In this document: piece by piece, positions 36,550-48,046 of the stretch
Layout of the letters: each line of letters starts with the position of its first letter
How positions within the stretch are numbered: position 1 is the stretch's first letter
Source: Orbicella franksi
Taxonomy: Eukaryota
NCBI GenBank assembly: GCA_964199315.1
Contig: OZ116706.1
Location: 24,800,001-24,864,000, forward strand
DNA length: 64,000 nucleotides
Reading direction: 5' to 3'
Translations under genes and position numbers: made by a program
Notes under the pieces: generated by a model
What the model was told of the DNA's origin: nothing
What the model saw: only the letters and a program-made list of their open reading frames with translations
Database searches by the model: none

Positions 36550-39277
36550 CCGTATTTACCCATGTATTAGTCGATCCCGTGTATAAGTCAACCCCCAATT
36601 TTTTGAGGCCGAAAACTAGATTTTGTTAATTTCCAGGTAAGAATTTCTTGGAAAACTTATCTTGTATTTCTTAGAATTTCCTTTCAGCTACTACAGATAT
36701 GTGAACAAATCACAGCTAGTTTCAACATAAAGTTTTAGTAAGCTTATTATGGCACGTACACGAGCGTTTTATCCAGTTAGCAACACGTGTGTATGCGGTC
36801 TTTTTGACGATAAGTTTTGTAAAGTGCTCACAAAATCAAACAGGATTTCAAACGAACCTTTTTAAATGTGAAGAGATAAGTGGCTTTATAAGACAGGCAA
36901 GACACCAAAGAAGCTCAGGACTCTTCCAAAACAACTCGATAAACAAAGTTGGGGAGCTTGGTAGCCAAGCCTCAAAATCGGTCAAGAACTGGTAACTGAA
37001 ATAAAACTAAAGCTACACGTGGCTTGCTTACCTGGGCTTTCCAGTACTAGAAAATTTTGCACTCATCTGCAGGCAGAACTTTATAAGAAAATTAAAACAC
37101 AATTTTACAGTTGGTCATTGACTTTTGTTTTATTTGGTGGCTCCTAAAGGAGCCATTTTGTAAGCAAGCACAGTCCCTGCTCGCTAAGAGCCATTGAAGT
37201 CCTCATCATCATCACTCATGCCAAACAAGTTTTGCCACTCTTCTGTGAGGCAATCATCATAGGCGTCTTCGTCTTCACTTTCCTGGTCTTTGCTCTCTTC
37301 ATCTGGAACAGTACCTTCTTCTTCTTCCCACAGCATGTCATCCTCTGTACCATCAGTAGAGTTGGAAATTCCACATTTCTTAAACAATCGTGTGACCATC
37401 TCCTCAGGTAGATCTTGCCATGCCTCTAAGACCCATGAAGCCACAGTTGTCAACAAGGCTGCCTTCACATTTCCAGCTGGAGTCAAGGTCTTGTCTCCTT
37501 CTACCATCCAGGTTGTCCATCTTTCTCGGACTCGGTCCTTGAATGGTTTATAGACAGTAGCCGTTACAGTTCTGAATAGGTGCCAGGATGTCGTGAGAAA
37601 TTTGGATGCGTTATAGAGAGCAGAACCAATACAGGAGACAATGGGCTGAAGAGGGTAACTGCTACTCTGTCTCCAACTCAAGTGAATTTGTTGACCAAGT
37701 CACTAATCTAGAAATTCCTGATGACGAAGCCATGGTTTCTTTTGATGTTGTCTCGCTCTTTACTGCCATCCCGGTTAAGAAAGCTTGTGAATACATCAGA
37801 CAAAATTCAATGAAGATACAACCCTACATCTAAGAACCAGCCTCACTACAGATGATATTGTTTCTCTTCTGGACTTTACGCTCTCAAACATTTCGTTTAC
37901 AATGACTCCATCTGCAAACAGATTCATGGTTGTGCAATGGGCAGCCCTATTAGCCCTGTTGTTGCAAATCTCTGCATGGAGATAATCAAGGAAGCAGCCA
38001 TCACTGCCTCCTCAACACGTCCAAAAATCTGGAAGCGTTACATTGACGATAGTTTTGTCACAATAAAGAAACATTCTGTCGCATCCTTTCATGACACTCT
38101 TAACTCAATTGACCCAAAGATACCCTTCTTAGACACCCTGGTATCCAGGAACAGTGGTGTCATAACCATCGATGTTTACAGGAAATCTACTCACACAGAC
38201 CAATATCTGGATTTTTATTCACACCACGAAATGAAACACAAGCTGAGTACTGCCACCACTCTCCTGAATTGTGCTTCTAATCTCCCAAGTACCCCCGAGG
38301 AAAAGCGAAAGAATTAATCCACGTCATTGATGCTCTGAAATCGGACAGCTACCCACTATTGGTCATATCTAACATCTTGAAGAAGAAACCACCCCCGGTA
38401 ATCACACCATCTCCAGAAGAATTGGTAGGAATGTTCTTTGGATGGGCTGATCCTTCTGACTTACACGTTGGCTCCGCAGTTTTACCTTACATCAAAGGCC
38501 TAACTGAACCTCTCTCAAGACTTCTAAGAAACAATGGAATACAAACTACAAGCAGACCCCTTAAGACATTACAACAAGAGTTTGTTTCTCCGAAATCAAG
38601 ACCACCTGCGGAACTACAAACAAATGTCGTTTACAAGATCCCATGCATCGATTGTCCATGGAGCTATATCGGCAAGACTTGTAGATGTTTACAAACAGGG
38701 AAGAAAGAACATATTAGAAATACAAAAACCTGTAAAAAAGGTCCCAACATTGCTTCACATGCCTGGTTAAACGACCATTCCATCGACTTTGACAGTGCAC
38801 GCATGATTGACAAGGGAAATTTCCGTGTTAGAAAAACTCTGGAATCCTGGCACACAGCAATTATGAACCATGCTGACAATAATGCGAAACAAATACCAAG
38901 ACAATATTCAATTTTATTTTGAACCTCACATTAGCATTTTTACTCACACACAAGCATTTCTATTGTTTTTATTATAATTTTGTTTTTTCACACTTTCCTC
39001 AGTATATATTTTAACGTTCACGCTTTCTATCTATTACTTGTTAAAGACTACAGACTGGTAGTTGAAAGCTCGTTTTATACACATTTTTAACCAGAGATCG
39101 TTTTTCTATTTTTCAAAATGTCTTATCCTGGTTACTCATCTATTTTTAAATGTAGTTTTTCAATTTTTATGGATCTAGTGCTTGGATCTCAAGTTTTGAC
39201 CCATGTATGAGTTGAGGGCAAATTTTCGGACGGATTTTTAGGTCTAGAAAGGTCAACCTATACACGGGTAAACACAG
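36550..39277 (-). mobile_element. pogo/Tigger-type DNA transposon, internally deleted and carrying a Penelope insertion
   Basis: TIRs CCGTATTTACCCATGTATTAGTCGA (36550, after TA) and diverged CTGTGTTTACCCGTGTATAGGTTGA (39277, minus). DDE_1 C-terminus KPFKDRVRERWTTW..SWVLEAWQDLPEEMV..FKKCGISNSTDGTEDD at 37555-37184. Confidence 0.85.
37556..39090 (+). mobile_element. Penelope-like element (RT + GIY-YIG endonuclease), 5'-truncated with 5' inversion
   Basis: RT: MVSFDVVSLFTAIP, AMGSPISPVVANL, WKRYIDD, PFLDTLV, VYRKSTHTDQYL. Endonuclease: VVYKIPCIDCPWSYIGKT.R.L....EH. Segment 37556-37660 encodes the upstream RT motif PIVSCIGSALYN on the opposite strand. Confidence 0.92.
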
Positions 39278-39314
39278 CAAGTACTGTTTAAGGTAATTTG
39301 CAACAGTTGTCGAG

Positions 39315-41300
39315 TTGTCATCTTCTCTCAGGTTGGATGTGAAAACAGAAGCAATGTGGATCGGCTCCCTTCAGAACTGTGAAAATGAACCACTTGGAGT
39401 CAAATGGAAAACTTGTGTTAAGTTTTTAGGAATTTTCATTACCTATGATGTACAGATACTAGTCGAGAAGAATTTTAAGCAAAGGCTAAAAAAAAAATCA
39501 GAAATGCAATAAATTTATGGAAATCAAGGCGTTTGTCAATTCATGGCAAGGTTAATATTATAAAAGCAATTCTTCCAAAACTAATATACCCTAGCTCCGT
39601 CTGAAGTTATAAAAGAATTCAACAATTTCGTTTTTCATTTTTCATTTTTTTATGGAACAGGAAAGATAAAGTTATTTGAAGTTCAACATATGCACCCCAT
39701 GAAGAGGGTGGCCTCAAAATGATAGATTATGAAACCATAATAAAAGCATTTAGGTTGAGCTGGCTAATGCGCATGAGGACTCGTCAGGTTTCTGGAAGTC
39801 TTGCCTCGATTATCTTTTGGACAATGAAGGGGGTCTTTTTCTACTTCAGTGTAATTATGATGTAAATCAGATAAACATTTCATCCATTTTTTATCAGTAT
39901 CTATTAGTGTCATGGTTAAATATAAGAGAAATAGTAGATCCAAATAATGTTTATATGGAACAACAAAGAAATCAAAATTGATGGTAAAAGTGTTTTTTAC
40001 AAGCATTATTTTAATATGAATATTAAATATACAAATGATCTGCTCTTTGACAAGTCAAATATCAAGTCTTTTAATGTTCTCAGAAGTGAGGGATTGATAA
40101 GGTCCAATTTTTTATTATGGGCAGGCCTAAGGCAATCTGTTCCTTTAAAGTTGCGTGTTGACATACCCAATTTTAAGGTGATTCTTGATTTGGATAGTCT
40201 TAAATGTTAAGACTATTACTGTTTTCTTGTAAAACAAAAATTGGAAAAGCAAAGTAAATGGGTCAAGCTAAAGCAAGAATTTAGCCTTGATGACAATCAA
40301 GTTTCAAAGGCATTTCTTTTGCCAGTGAGGGTTGCAAAAGAACCGTATCTACGCTCCTTTCAATAAGGTAAAGGTAAAGTCTGCATACAAGCCAAATGGG
40401 CCATCAGGCTGGAGCTTATCCCGGTTTCTGTAGCATGAAGCAACTAGGAGTATTTCTACTCCCCCCTGGATGGGATACTAGTCCATCGCAGGGTTACCCC
40501 CAGCATTAAGTTCACCGGTATCCATTTTATACACCTGGGTGGAGAGAGGCACTGTGAGAGTAAAGTGTCTTGCCCAAGAACACAACACAGTGTCCCTGTC
40601 CAGGACTCGAACCCGGACCGCTTGATCCGGAGACGACACTCCTTTCAATACAGATCGTTGAATTCTGTTCTGTTTACTAATGACCGCCTGTGTAAAATAG
40701 GATACATTTCTAATCCCAACTGCACCTTCTGTCATCTGCTAACAGAAACCATATCCCATATTTTGCTTGGTTGTTCTTTTTCACATTCTTTTTGGCATGA
40801 GGTTAATTGAAAAATTTTGAGCAAAATCAAGAGTTGCAGAAGCCTGTTGCATACATATTGTGATGTTATTGTTGGGTCTTTTGAGGAGGAGATGGATCTA
40901 TTTAATTGCATAGCAATTTTAGGAAAATCTTTTTTGTGGACTTGTCGATGTAAAGAAACATTACCTTCCTTGAGTCACTTCATAAGAATTTTGCTAATTA
41001 AATATGAAACTGAAAAACACATATATTTCAAATCGGATGAAAAGAATTTGTTTAAAGAAAAATGGAAGATTTTTGAGGAAAAAATTTTAACTAATATCTT
41101 ACGTCGGACAACGCTATTATTAAGGAAAATCGTAAAGTTAAATAAGTATGTAGAAAAGAACTGACAACATCTATTTTCTTTACTCAAATTCAATATGGTG
41201 TCATTGCTAACTTCTATAAAACAGACTTTATTGATTCTTCTGTAACTTAATTGTTGAAAAAAGAATTGTAACTGCTGTAATTGTGGTAATAAAGAAATAA
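39315..41300 (+). mobile_element. L1/Tx1 LINE 3' portion (RT thumb to zinc-binding C-terminus)
   Basis: KTEAMWIGS..KFLGI..GGLKMIDY..FIWNNKEIKIDGK..NFLLWAGLRQSVP..CTFCHLLTETISHILLGC..ILGKSFLW..KYETEK, followed by an AT-rich 3' UTR. Confidence 0.88.
40366..40638 (-). mobile_element. 5'-truncated tRNA-derived CORE-like SINE with 12-bp TSD
   Basis: TSD CTCCTTTCAATA at 40354-65 and 40639-50; B box GGTTCGAGTCC; MIR-core-like segment; (TTTACC)n tail. Removing it restores the L1 reading EPYLRSFQ|YRSLNSVL. Confidence 0.9.
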
Positions 41301-44300
41301 ATAAATAATTAAAAAAGATCTTATAAAAGATGTCTTGTACACCTGTAGCAATTTTGTTAAATTTGAAACGGTTTAACTGCACATATTTTTAAGCTTGTGG
41401 ATAAGAATTATACAACACTTTGTACTGTATTTACAACTTATAATCAGCAATTTAATAAAAATGGATTTGACAAAAAGCCTGGCTGACACTCCCATGGTAG
41501 GTTAGAGCATTCTGCTGTATGCTGGTGCTTTTTCCAGGGAACATATCTTGTGACTGATCCAGCCCTCCTCAATTTGTTGCACTGCAGCAGTTGAAAGGTA
41601 TGAAACATTTGACAAACCACTGCATTCACCATCATCAGCAATTTGCACTTGTTCAGGAAGCGGTGAACTTAATCTTGTATTTCCACCACTTGGATTATGA
41701 TCAGGACTCTGGGGAGGGCTGTCAGTTTCACTACAAAGACTAGCAGAGATATCACATCCTGGTTGAATGTATATGCTCCCTTTTCCAGGAAGGCCAAGAA
41801 GATGTGAAGCTGAAAAATGTTATTGTTTGCACGGGGAGTGCCTGACTGTTGCATAGAGAAGTCTGTCTGCACTTGCAACTCTATATACCTGGAAAGTGTG
41901 GCTGTTGGAAATTAAGTCTTGTCTCCGTTGTTGAATAAAACGTTATGTCACCCAAGCGCCATGTAAGCGTGCAGAATTCGATGTTCATTTCAAGCTAATT
42001 ATAGAGTCAGTTTGTTGAAAATACACAGAAAAAATTAAATGACCATTAAACGGTGTCAGCATCGTTATGTCTCTTCTGTGAAGTTGTCAAGGTAAAGCAA
42101 AGTGGTTTTTAATCTTTTAATCTTTCTTAATCACGTTTTAAGTGCCAGCGTGTTTCTTAACACATGTTAACACGGCTGATGGGATTTACAAACTTCAGAA
42201 CATTTCAAAAACAGTCACAGTGTTGGCTAAAATGCTGCTACTTACACTTAAATTAATGATGTGTTGAGTTGCTTCTTATCAAATATACACAAAAATCGTG
42301 CTGAAATGAAGAAAAAGAAAGCTATTTGGATCATTCACAGCATTCATGGTATAGACAATGTATGCAATTTATCAAGTTTATTGACCTGTGTGTGACCTAA
42401 GCCGTGACACTTAACATGTTCAGGTCAACAAAGAATCGCCTCAAATTCTTTTATTTCTGCTTTAAAAATCTTAGATGAAAGAACAATATAAAAATCCGTT
42501 GAGGAAACTATCATCACATTTCTTAAAGAACTTTCAGAGAATTATTTGTGTGAAAATCAATTTGAGATGGGCTGCAAGTGATCAAATCTATTACTGATCA
42601 TCAAAACACATTTTGAACGAGCATTAATTTGATCATAATGGGCGATGTCTAATTGAAAACTGTAGTCATCCTTCAGCGATGCTTGTCAGAGCGAGTCAAT
42701 GAGTAATGTTGTAAGATAGAATCATGTACAGTACCTGTTCTTTTCCATGGTGGATTATAGTATGTCCCGCGGAAGATGCAGTGAGCACCCAGGTCACATC
42801 AACTGAGTGATCACAAATGCAATGGAATTGTTTTAGATCAAAATTATCTTGACTTTCCCAACACAGAATATGTTTCTTGCTAAAAAATAATGGCTTCAGT
42901 ATGCAGCCCACAGGGAAATAGATGATGTGTAACAGCTACGCAATCAAAGTAGGGCATCAATAGGTAAACATTATCTCTTCCACAACATTCAGGACGATAT
43001 GTGAGCTTATCAGACAACCCCCCAGAAATTTTCATGTAATAGCACCACTCATAATTCTGACTAAGAGACATTCATTGCATCAGTTTGGCATATTGCAAAT
43101 TTCTTGGACACCTGTTATTATGAAATCAAGAACCTGGTAACACCTGCTAAGGCCTCAATTTCGATTAACTATGATGTTGCAAAGTAAATAACAATGTAAG
43201 ATTTCAAACTTAATGCGCAGCACAATGTATCCTTTTAAACAGCTCCTTGGCAACCTTGGTTAATGCCCCCTTATTTTAATGAACATTGCTCACTTTTTCT
43301 GTATTCTGTATGTGATTAGAGCAGTGACTGTACTCTGCAGAAAAAAACCTCCTAACCAGACATTCAACATAATAATAAACAGGACTTACAGGGTATGTTT
43401 CCATGACAGTTGCTTCGGGATATCTCCTACTAGTGACCCTCCTAGCTATCCACAACTTAAACCTCTACCAGTGAGGAGACAAAGACACATCATTAAGATT
43501 ATGGCTAGTTTTTTTCAGCAAGGTGAAATAATAAATCATGCTTTGATGCCATGAACATCAGTCATGGAAATGATTTATAAATAAATGCATATACTTCTCC
43601 TTACTTTTGTAAACATGTTTGGTAGTTGTTCTGCATTGGTCAAGATAACATGTCCTGCTGCTACACTCTCTTACCATTCAGTAATATGTATATATATGTA
43701 TATATGTAGTATGTATATAGTTCAATTACCAGGGTATACTCCAGATTCAAAGCAACAGTGAGGGTTGATTGACAAGAATTGCAATAAAAAAATTATTGCT
43801 CATTAGGCCATCAACACTACTAAGACATTCAAGTCTGCTTCAGTGTACAAGTCCCTAAGTAAAGTCCTAAAATATCTAAGTATTTAGGTATCAAAATCTG
43901 TAACTGAACACTAACTAAAAGCTATTTGTAAGTTGACTTACTTGGGCTAACAAGTACTATGTAGGCTTACCAATGTGCCCTTTAGGCTAATCGCAGTATT
44001 GTTTAGGCCATTTGCAGAGTGTTCTTAATTTTAGGCTGACTAGGGAACCATCAATTGAAGTTGGTATAAATAAACCATTTATGTTAGAAATGTTAACTGC
44101 ATCTTGTCTCACCTAAAATGGCTGCTACTTATACTAACACTGTACTATATATTGAGGCAAACAAATAGTTACATGTACTTAGCTTAACTGGAAAGGCTTT
44201 GATAATTTCTTGGTCTCATTTTGTGCAGGCTGCCTTAGATGAGTTAACCCAACTTTCATATGAAAACATCCACATTCCTTGAACAGGACCAGTGACCCAT

Positions 44301-44669
44301 ATTCCTTCAACAACATGGTGAAGGAGATGAAGGGATATATTCTAGGGAGGAAAAGATGACAAATAATTTTTATTCACCATTGTGTTAAATTGAAAAAAGT
44401 TAATTATTTGAAAGGCACTTTTGGAGAAAAGGTAACAAGATAAAAGTTATGGTTAAAGTTCTTTAATATGCCTCTAAATGTGGCTAACAAAATTGTGGGT
44501 TAAATTTTTTGAAACTTATATCCCTGGCAACTTTATTCAGTTCCTTGACAACATGTAGGCAGTGAGGCCCAAAGATGTAACAGTCTACAGTAGACTAAAG
44601 CAGCACAATTGAGGGTTGCCAGCATATTATGTTGAGGGCTGGTCAACAATATTTGGTTTCATAATATAG

Positions 44670-44925
44670 ATAGGACCCTGCATGTGCCCCGATTGGTCAA
44701 AAACCCATGTTTTATCAGAGTATAAAACATAGAAAAAGTGTGTTTTATTGTTTTTTGCCACATTACCTCTATATCATCTTGAGTGTTCTAGAGAACACTC
44801 AAGGAATACAGGGAATGCTTGCCTGCAACTCATGTTTTCTGCATTTCCCTCGTGTTCTCAGTTGCCTGTTGTGCTTTATCACAGCGTAATACACGACTTA
44901 GGCTTCTTTATTTGTTAACTAAATA
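44670..44925. repeat. Palindromic coral-type MITE-like repeat in a CACTA intron
   Basis: gattggtcaaaaacccatgttttatcagagtataaaac.., central perfect palindrome TTGAGTGTTCTAGAGAACACTCAA, and end ..taatacacgacttaggcttctttatttg. Confidence 0.6.
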
Positions 44926-45031
44926 AATTTTACCACTGATCCTTAAATAAAAATGGTACCTGTATGATGCAAGGAAAGTCTCTCTCCATAAGGGCCATTG
45001 CCTCATTGAGCTCGAGATCCAGGCTCTCAAG

Positions 45032-46591
45032 TGTTATAATATGCATTAGCACGTGCCTCCAGGGACCTGTTCCTGTGGTGCTTTAGCCTATTTAGTATTC
45101 TGTTATAGCTCGAAGCTCAGTTGTAATCGCGTGGTGCTCGAGTAAAGTGTATTTCGTTTTACTCCATGTGTGTCCTTCATGATATTACATGGTGGCAACG
45201 GGCAGAGCACACGTCCCAACAGGCTTGACCTTGGTGCCATTCCACATAACGAGGGACTGGGAACAAGGCTCGAGATCCACACCTTTCACATGTTTACATG
45301 GCACAATGTTGGCACTGGCTCCACAGTCAATTTGAAATCTCACGGGTTTCTGCTGAACCAGCATCTGAGCAAACACAACTTTATCCTTCATAGCTTGAAC
45401 TCTTACGACACTGATCTCTTCCAACTCTTCATCGCTCTCAAAGGCATTAACCGCGGCATCTTTGCACCCTTTCACAAAATGATTCTTTTTCTTGCACCGC
45501 TTACACACTTTGCCTCACGCAGGACACTTCTTTCTCTCAGGAGCATGTTCATAGCCACAAAACTTGCACGAAATTTTCTTTCCCGACTGTCCGTCCGGCG
45601 TTGGAACTTGAGGCTTCTTTTTCTTAGACTTGACCTGGTTTATGTTGTCCACCGGTTCCGATAGTGACTTCATGTGCAGCGCCGTAACTTCTTCGCTGCG
45701 GCAGATATCGATACACCGATTCAAAGTGAGATCTCGGATTCTCAGTAGCTTCTTGGTGGTCTGCTCATCTTTAATACCCAGCACAATGCGATCACAGATA
45801 AGACTATCGCAAACAGCGACAAGCTCAGTATTACAACAGAGGTGCTATTGATCTGGATCCGTTAAAGAGAGGAGATACTGTGAGACTGAAACTGTTCCAG
45901 TTGGGCAAGCGCGATTGGCAGAAAGGAATTGTACGAAAGCGACTGGACGAGAGATCGTATGAGGTCGAGACACCTTACAATGTTGTACGTCGCAACCGTG
46001 TTCACCTACGTTTGACAAATGAGCCATCACCGCCACTGATAGACGAGATACCTAATGAGATATCTGCTGAGGTACCAGAGGTGCCCGCTCCCTCTTTTGC
46101 ACAGTTGTACGAGTCGCAGACAAGTTCTTCTGGAGAAGTTAGTCTACCCGCGTCGAGTCAAGGAAGCTCGTCTCCGAGTGACTCGGAAGTTCCTTCAGCT
46201 GCAGTGACGTCACCACCCAAGCCGATGCTTAGACGATCAGTGCGTCAGCGACGTCCACCAAAACACTTAAATGACTTTGTTTTGACATGAAGCCATGAAC
46301 ACTAAGAACACTTGGAACACTAAGACCTTTAGCGCATTATCACAGAGCTCAGTTACTTTCTTTATCAATTCATGCTTATTCGTATTGTGTATTTATAAGC
46401 TAGTTTTCTTTTCCTTATCCATAAAAGGGAGGGTGTTATAATGTGCATTAGCACGTGCCTCCAGGGACCTGTTCCCGCGGTGCTTTAGCCTATTTAGTAT
46501 TCTGTTATAGCTCGAAGCTCAGTTGTAATCGCGTGGTGCTCGAGTAAAGTGTATTTCGTTTTACTCCATGTGTGTCCTTCATGATATTACA
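45032..46591 (+). mobile_element. 1.56-kb rearranged Gypsy element: two LTRs, inverted gag-protease piece, integrase tail
   Basis: 158-bp LTRs at 45032-45189 and 46434-46591 differ at 3 sites; TSD TCAAG; PPT aaaagggaggg. Minus-strand gag (LGIKDEQTTKKLL..CKFCG..H, CKRCKKKNHF) and protease (FQIDCGASAN) at 45190-45845. Plus-strand integrase tail (PLKRGDTVR..RSYEVET..RRNRVHLR) at 45845-46290. Confidence 0.95.
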
Positions 46592-46903
46592 TCAAGCCTT
46601 AGCACTGACTGTTCCTCTCTCAAAAGCATGCTTATAGCATCTAGAAACCTGCAAAGAGTGGCTTCTTGGGGCTGTGGCAGCAGACCAAAGATACACTATT
46701 TGAATATGTTGCTCTTAAGAAACTGTCACAACAAAATGTGCAAGAGGTTATTTGTCAGCAACACTTATGTGTGGACATCTGAAGCACATGAATATACATT
46801 TCATTATACAGGGAGAGTTTAAGTGCCAGTACATGGTTTCCAGATGATAATGTACTCCACATTTAGACATTGGTCCAGCTAGTTTTATTAAAAGTTGCAT
46901 TTA

Positions 46904-48046
46904 CCGTATTTTCTCAATTAAACACCCCCGGTGTTTATTTCAAAATTGGCCTTGTGGATCCGGTGTTTATTTGAAGCCGGAATTTATTTATGAAGTGCAA
47001 TATTCTGTCATTTTTTTCAGATTGATTTATTCATCTATCCTCCGAAACCTAGGGCAGTTTGTCAACACGAAATGACTTGTCCATTCGGTAAACTGTCCCT
47101 GAGTCTTGGAGGATGATTATTGCTAAAAGATACAGCATTATAAACAGCACATGTATGTTACAATCAGGACATGTGGCACTGAACAGCACAAAAATATGTA
47201 AAATAAATAGGAGCAGGTATGGATACAAAGTTTTAAGTTCCGTATAAACGGCAATGTCACCATCGTTCTCCTCGATACTATCAGTTAAGCGTCCGCATTT
47301 ACGATTTTTAATGTACCTTAATTGTCATAAACAACAAACTCGTTAACTTCTGGAAAGATATTGCGATCGGCGAAGGTCTTATTGTAAGTCATGAAAAAAA
47401 CAACAAGTACAATCCGTATGCGATAGCTGTTCACCATGTGCATGACCCTGATAATGAGAATATAAATGTCGGACACATCCCAATCGAACTCTCTTCCGCT
47501 CTTCGCTTCTTTGTAAAACATGGAGGGAAAATTTTGGCTAAAGTGAGACAGGAAACCTACCGAGCTAGCAACTTGGAACAAGGCGGCCTTGAAGTCCCTA
47601 TTTCTATTCAATGTGCGATTTCCTCTCAGAAAGGACAACTTGACAAGATTGAAACAGCTCATAAACAAACGCTGGAGGGATCCTTGCGATTCTAGTGACA
47701 GTGAGCACTATAAGACACGAAAGAAAGTGCGTCATTAGTAATAAGACTTAATGACAACACAAACACGAACATTTTGTTTTTGTTGTACAGCTACTATTCT
47801 TTTTATGTTAAGCCAGACTTTTCCTTTTGAACGTTTATTAAGATTATCAAAACACCATAGCGTAATAGTATGGCACAGTAGTGCTATTTAATAAGGGAAA
47901 AATCAAATTGTTGGTTCAAACACAAATAAACGCCGGGGCCTCGATTAAACGCCCCCGGCATTTATTTCAAAATTGGCCTTGTGGACCCGGCATTTATACG
48001 AGGCCGGCGTTTAATCGGGGTCCAGTGTTTAATTGAGAAAATACGG
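46904..48046 (+). mobile_element. pogo-type non-autonomous TIR element (1.14 kb) carrying a HIRAN-like ORF
   Basis: Perfect 22-bp TIRs CCGTATTTTCTCAATTAAACAC, TA flanks on both sides, and subterminal direct repeats (cccccgg..tttatttcaaaattggccttgtgga). Confidence 0.92.
47254..47695 (+). CDS. Stand-alone HIRAN-like domain protein (probable frameshift near the N-terminus)
   Basis: Open frame 47312-47695: FWKDIAIGEGLIVSHEKNNKYNPYAIAV..VGHIPIELSSALRFFVKHGGKILAKV..RASNLEQGGLEVPI. This fits the HIRAN consensus (GE.L...E..N..D..A.AV, VGH.P, GG). Confidence 0.72.

Noticed and set aside
36740-37080. pogo N-terminal HTH on the plus strand (suggesting an internal inversion)
   Set aside because: There is only a loose resemblance across many stops and frameshifts, and the TIR polarity is fully explained by a minus-strand element.
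41460-42400. Further CACTA exons or the element's left terminus
   Set aside because: Candidate splice sites exist, but I found no diagnostic motif and no CACTA/CACTG TIR pair.
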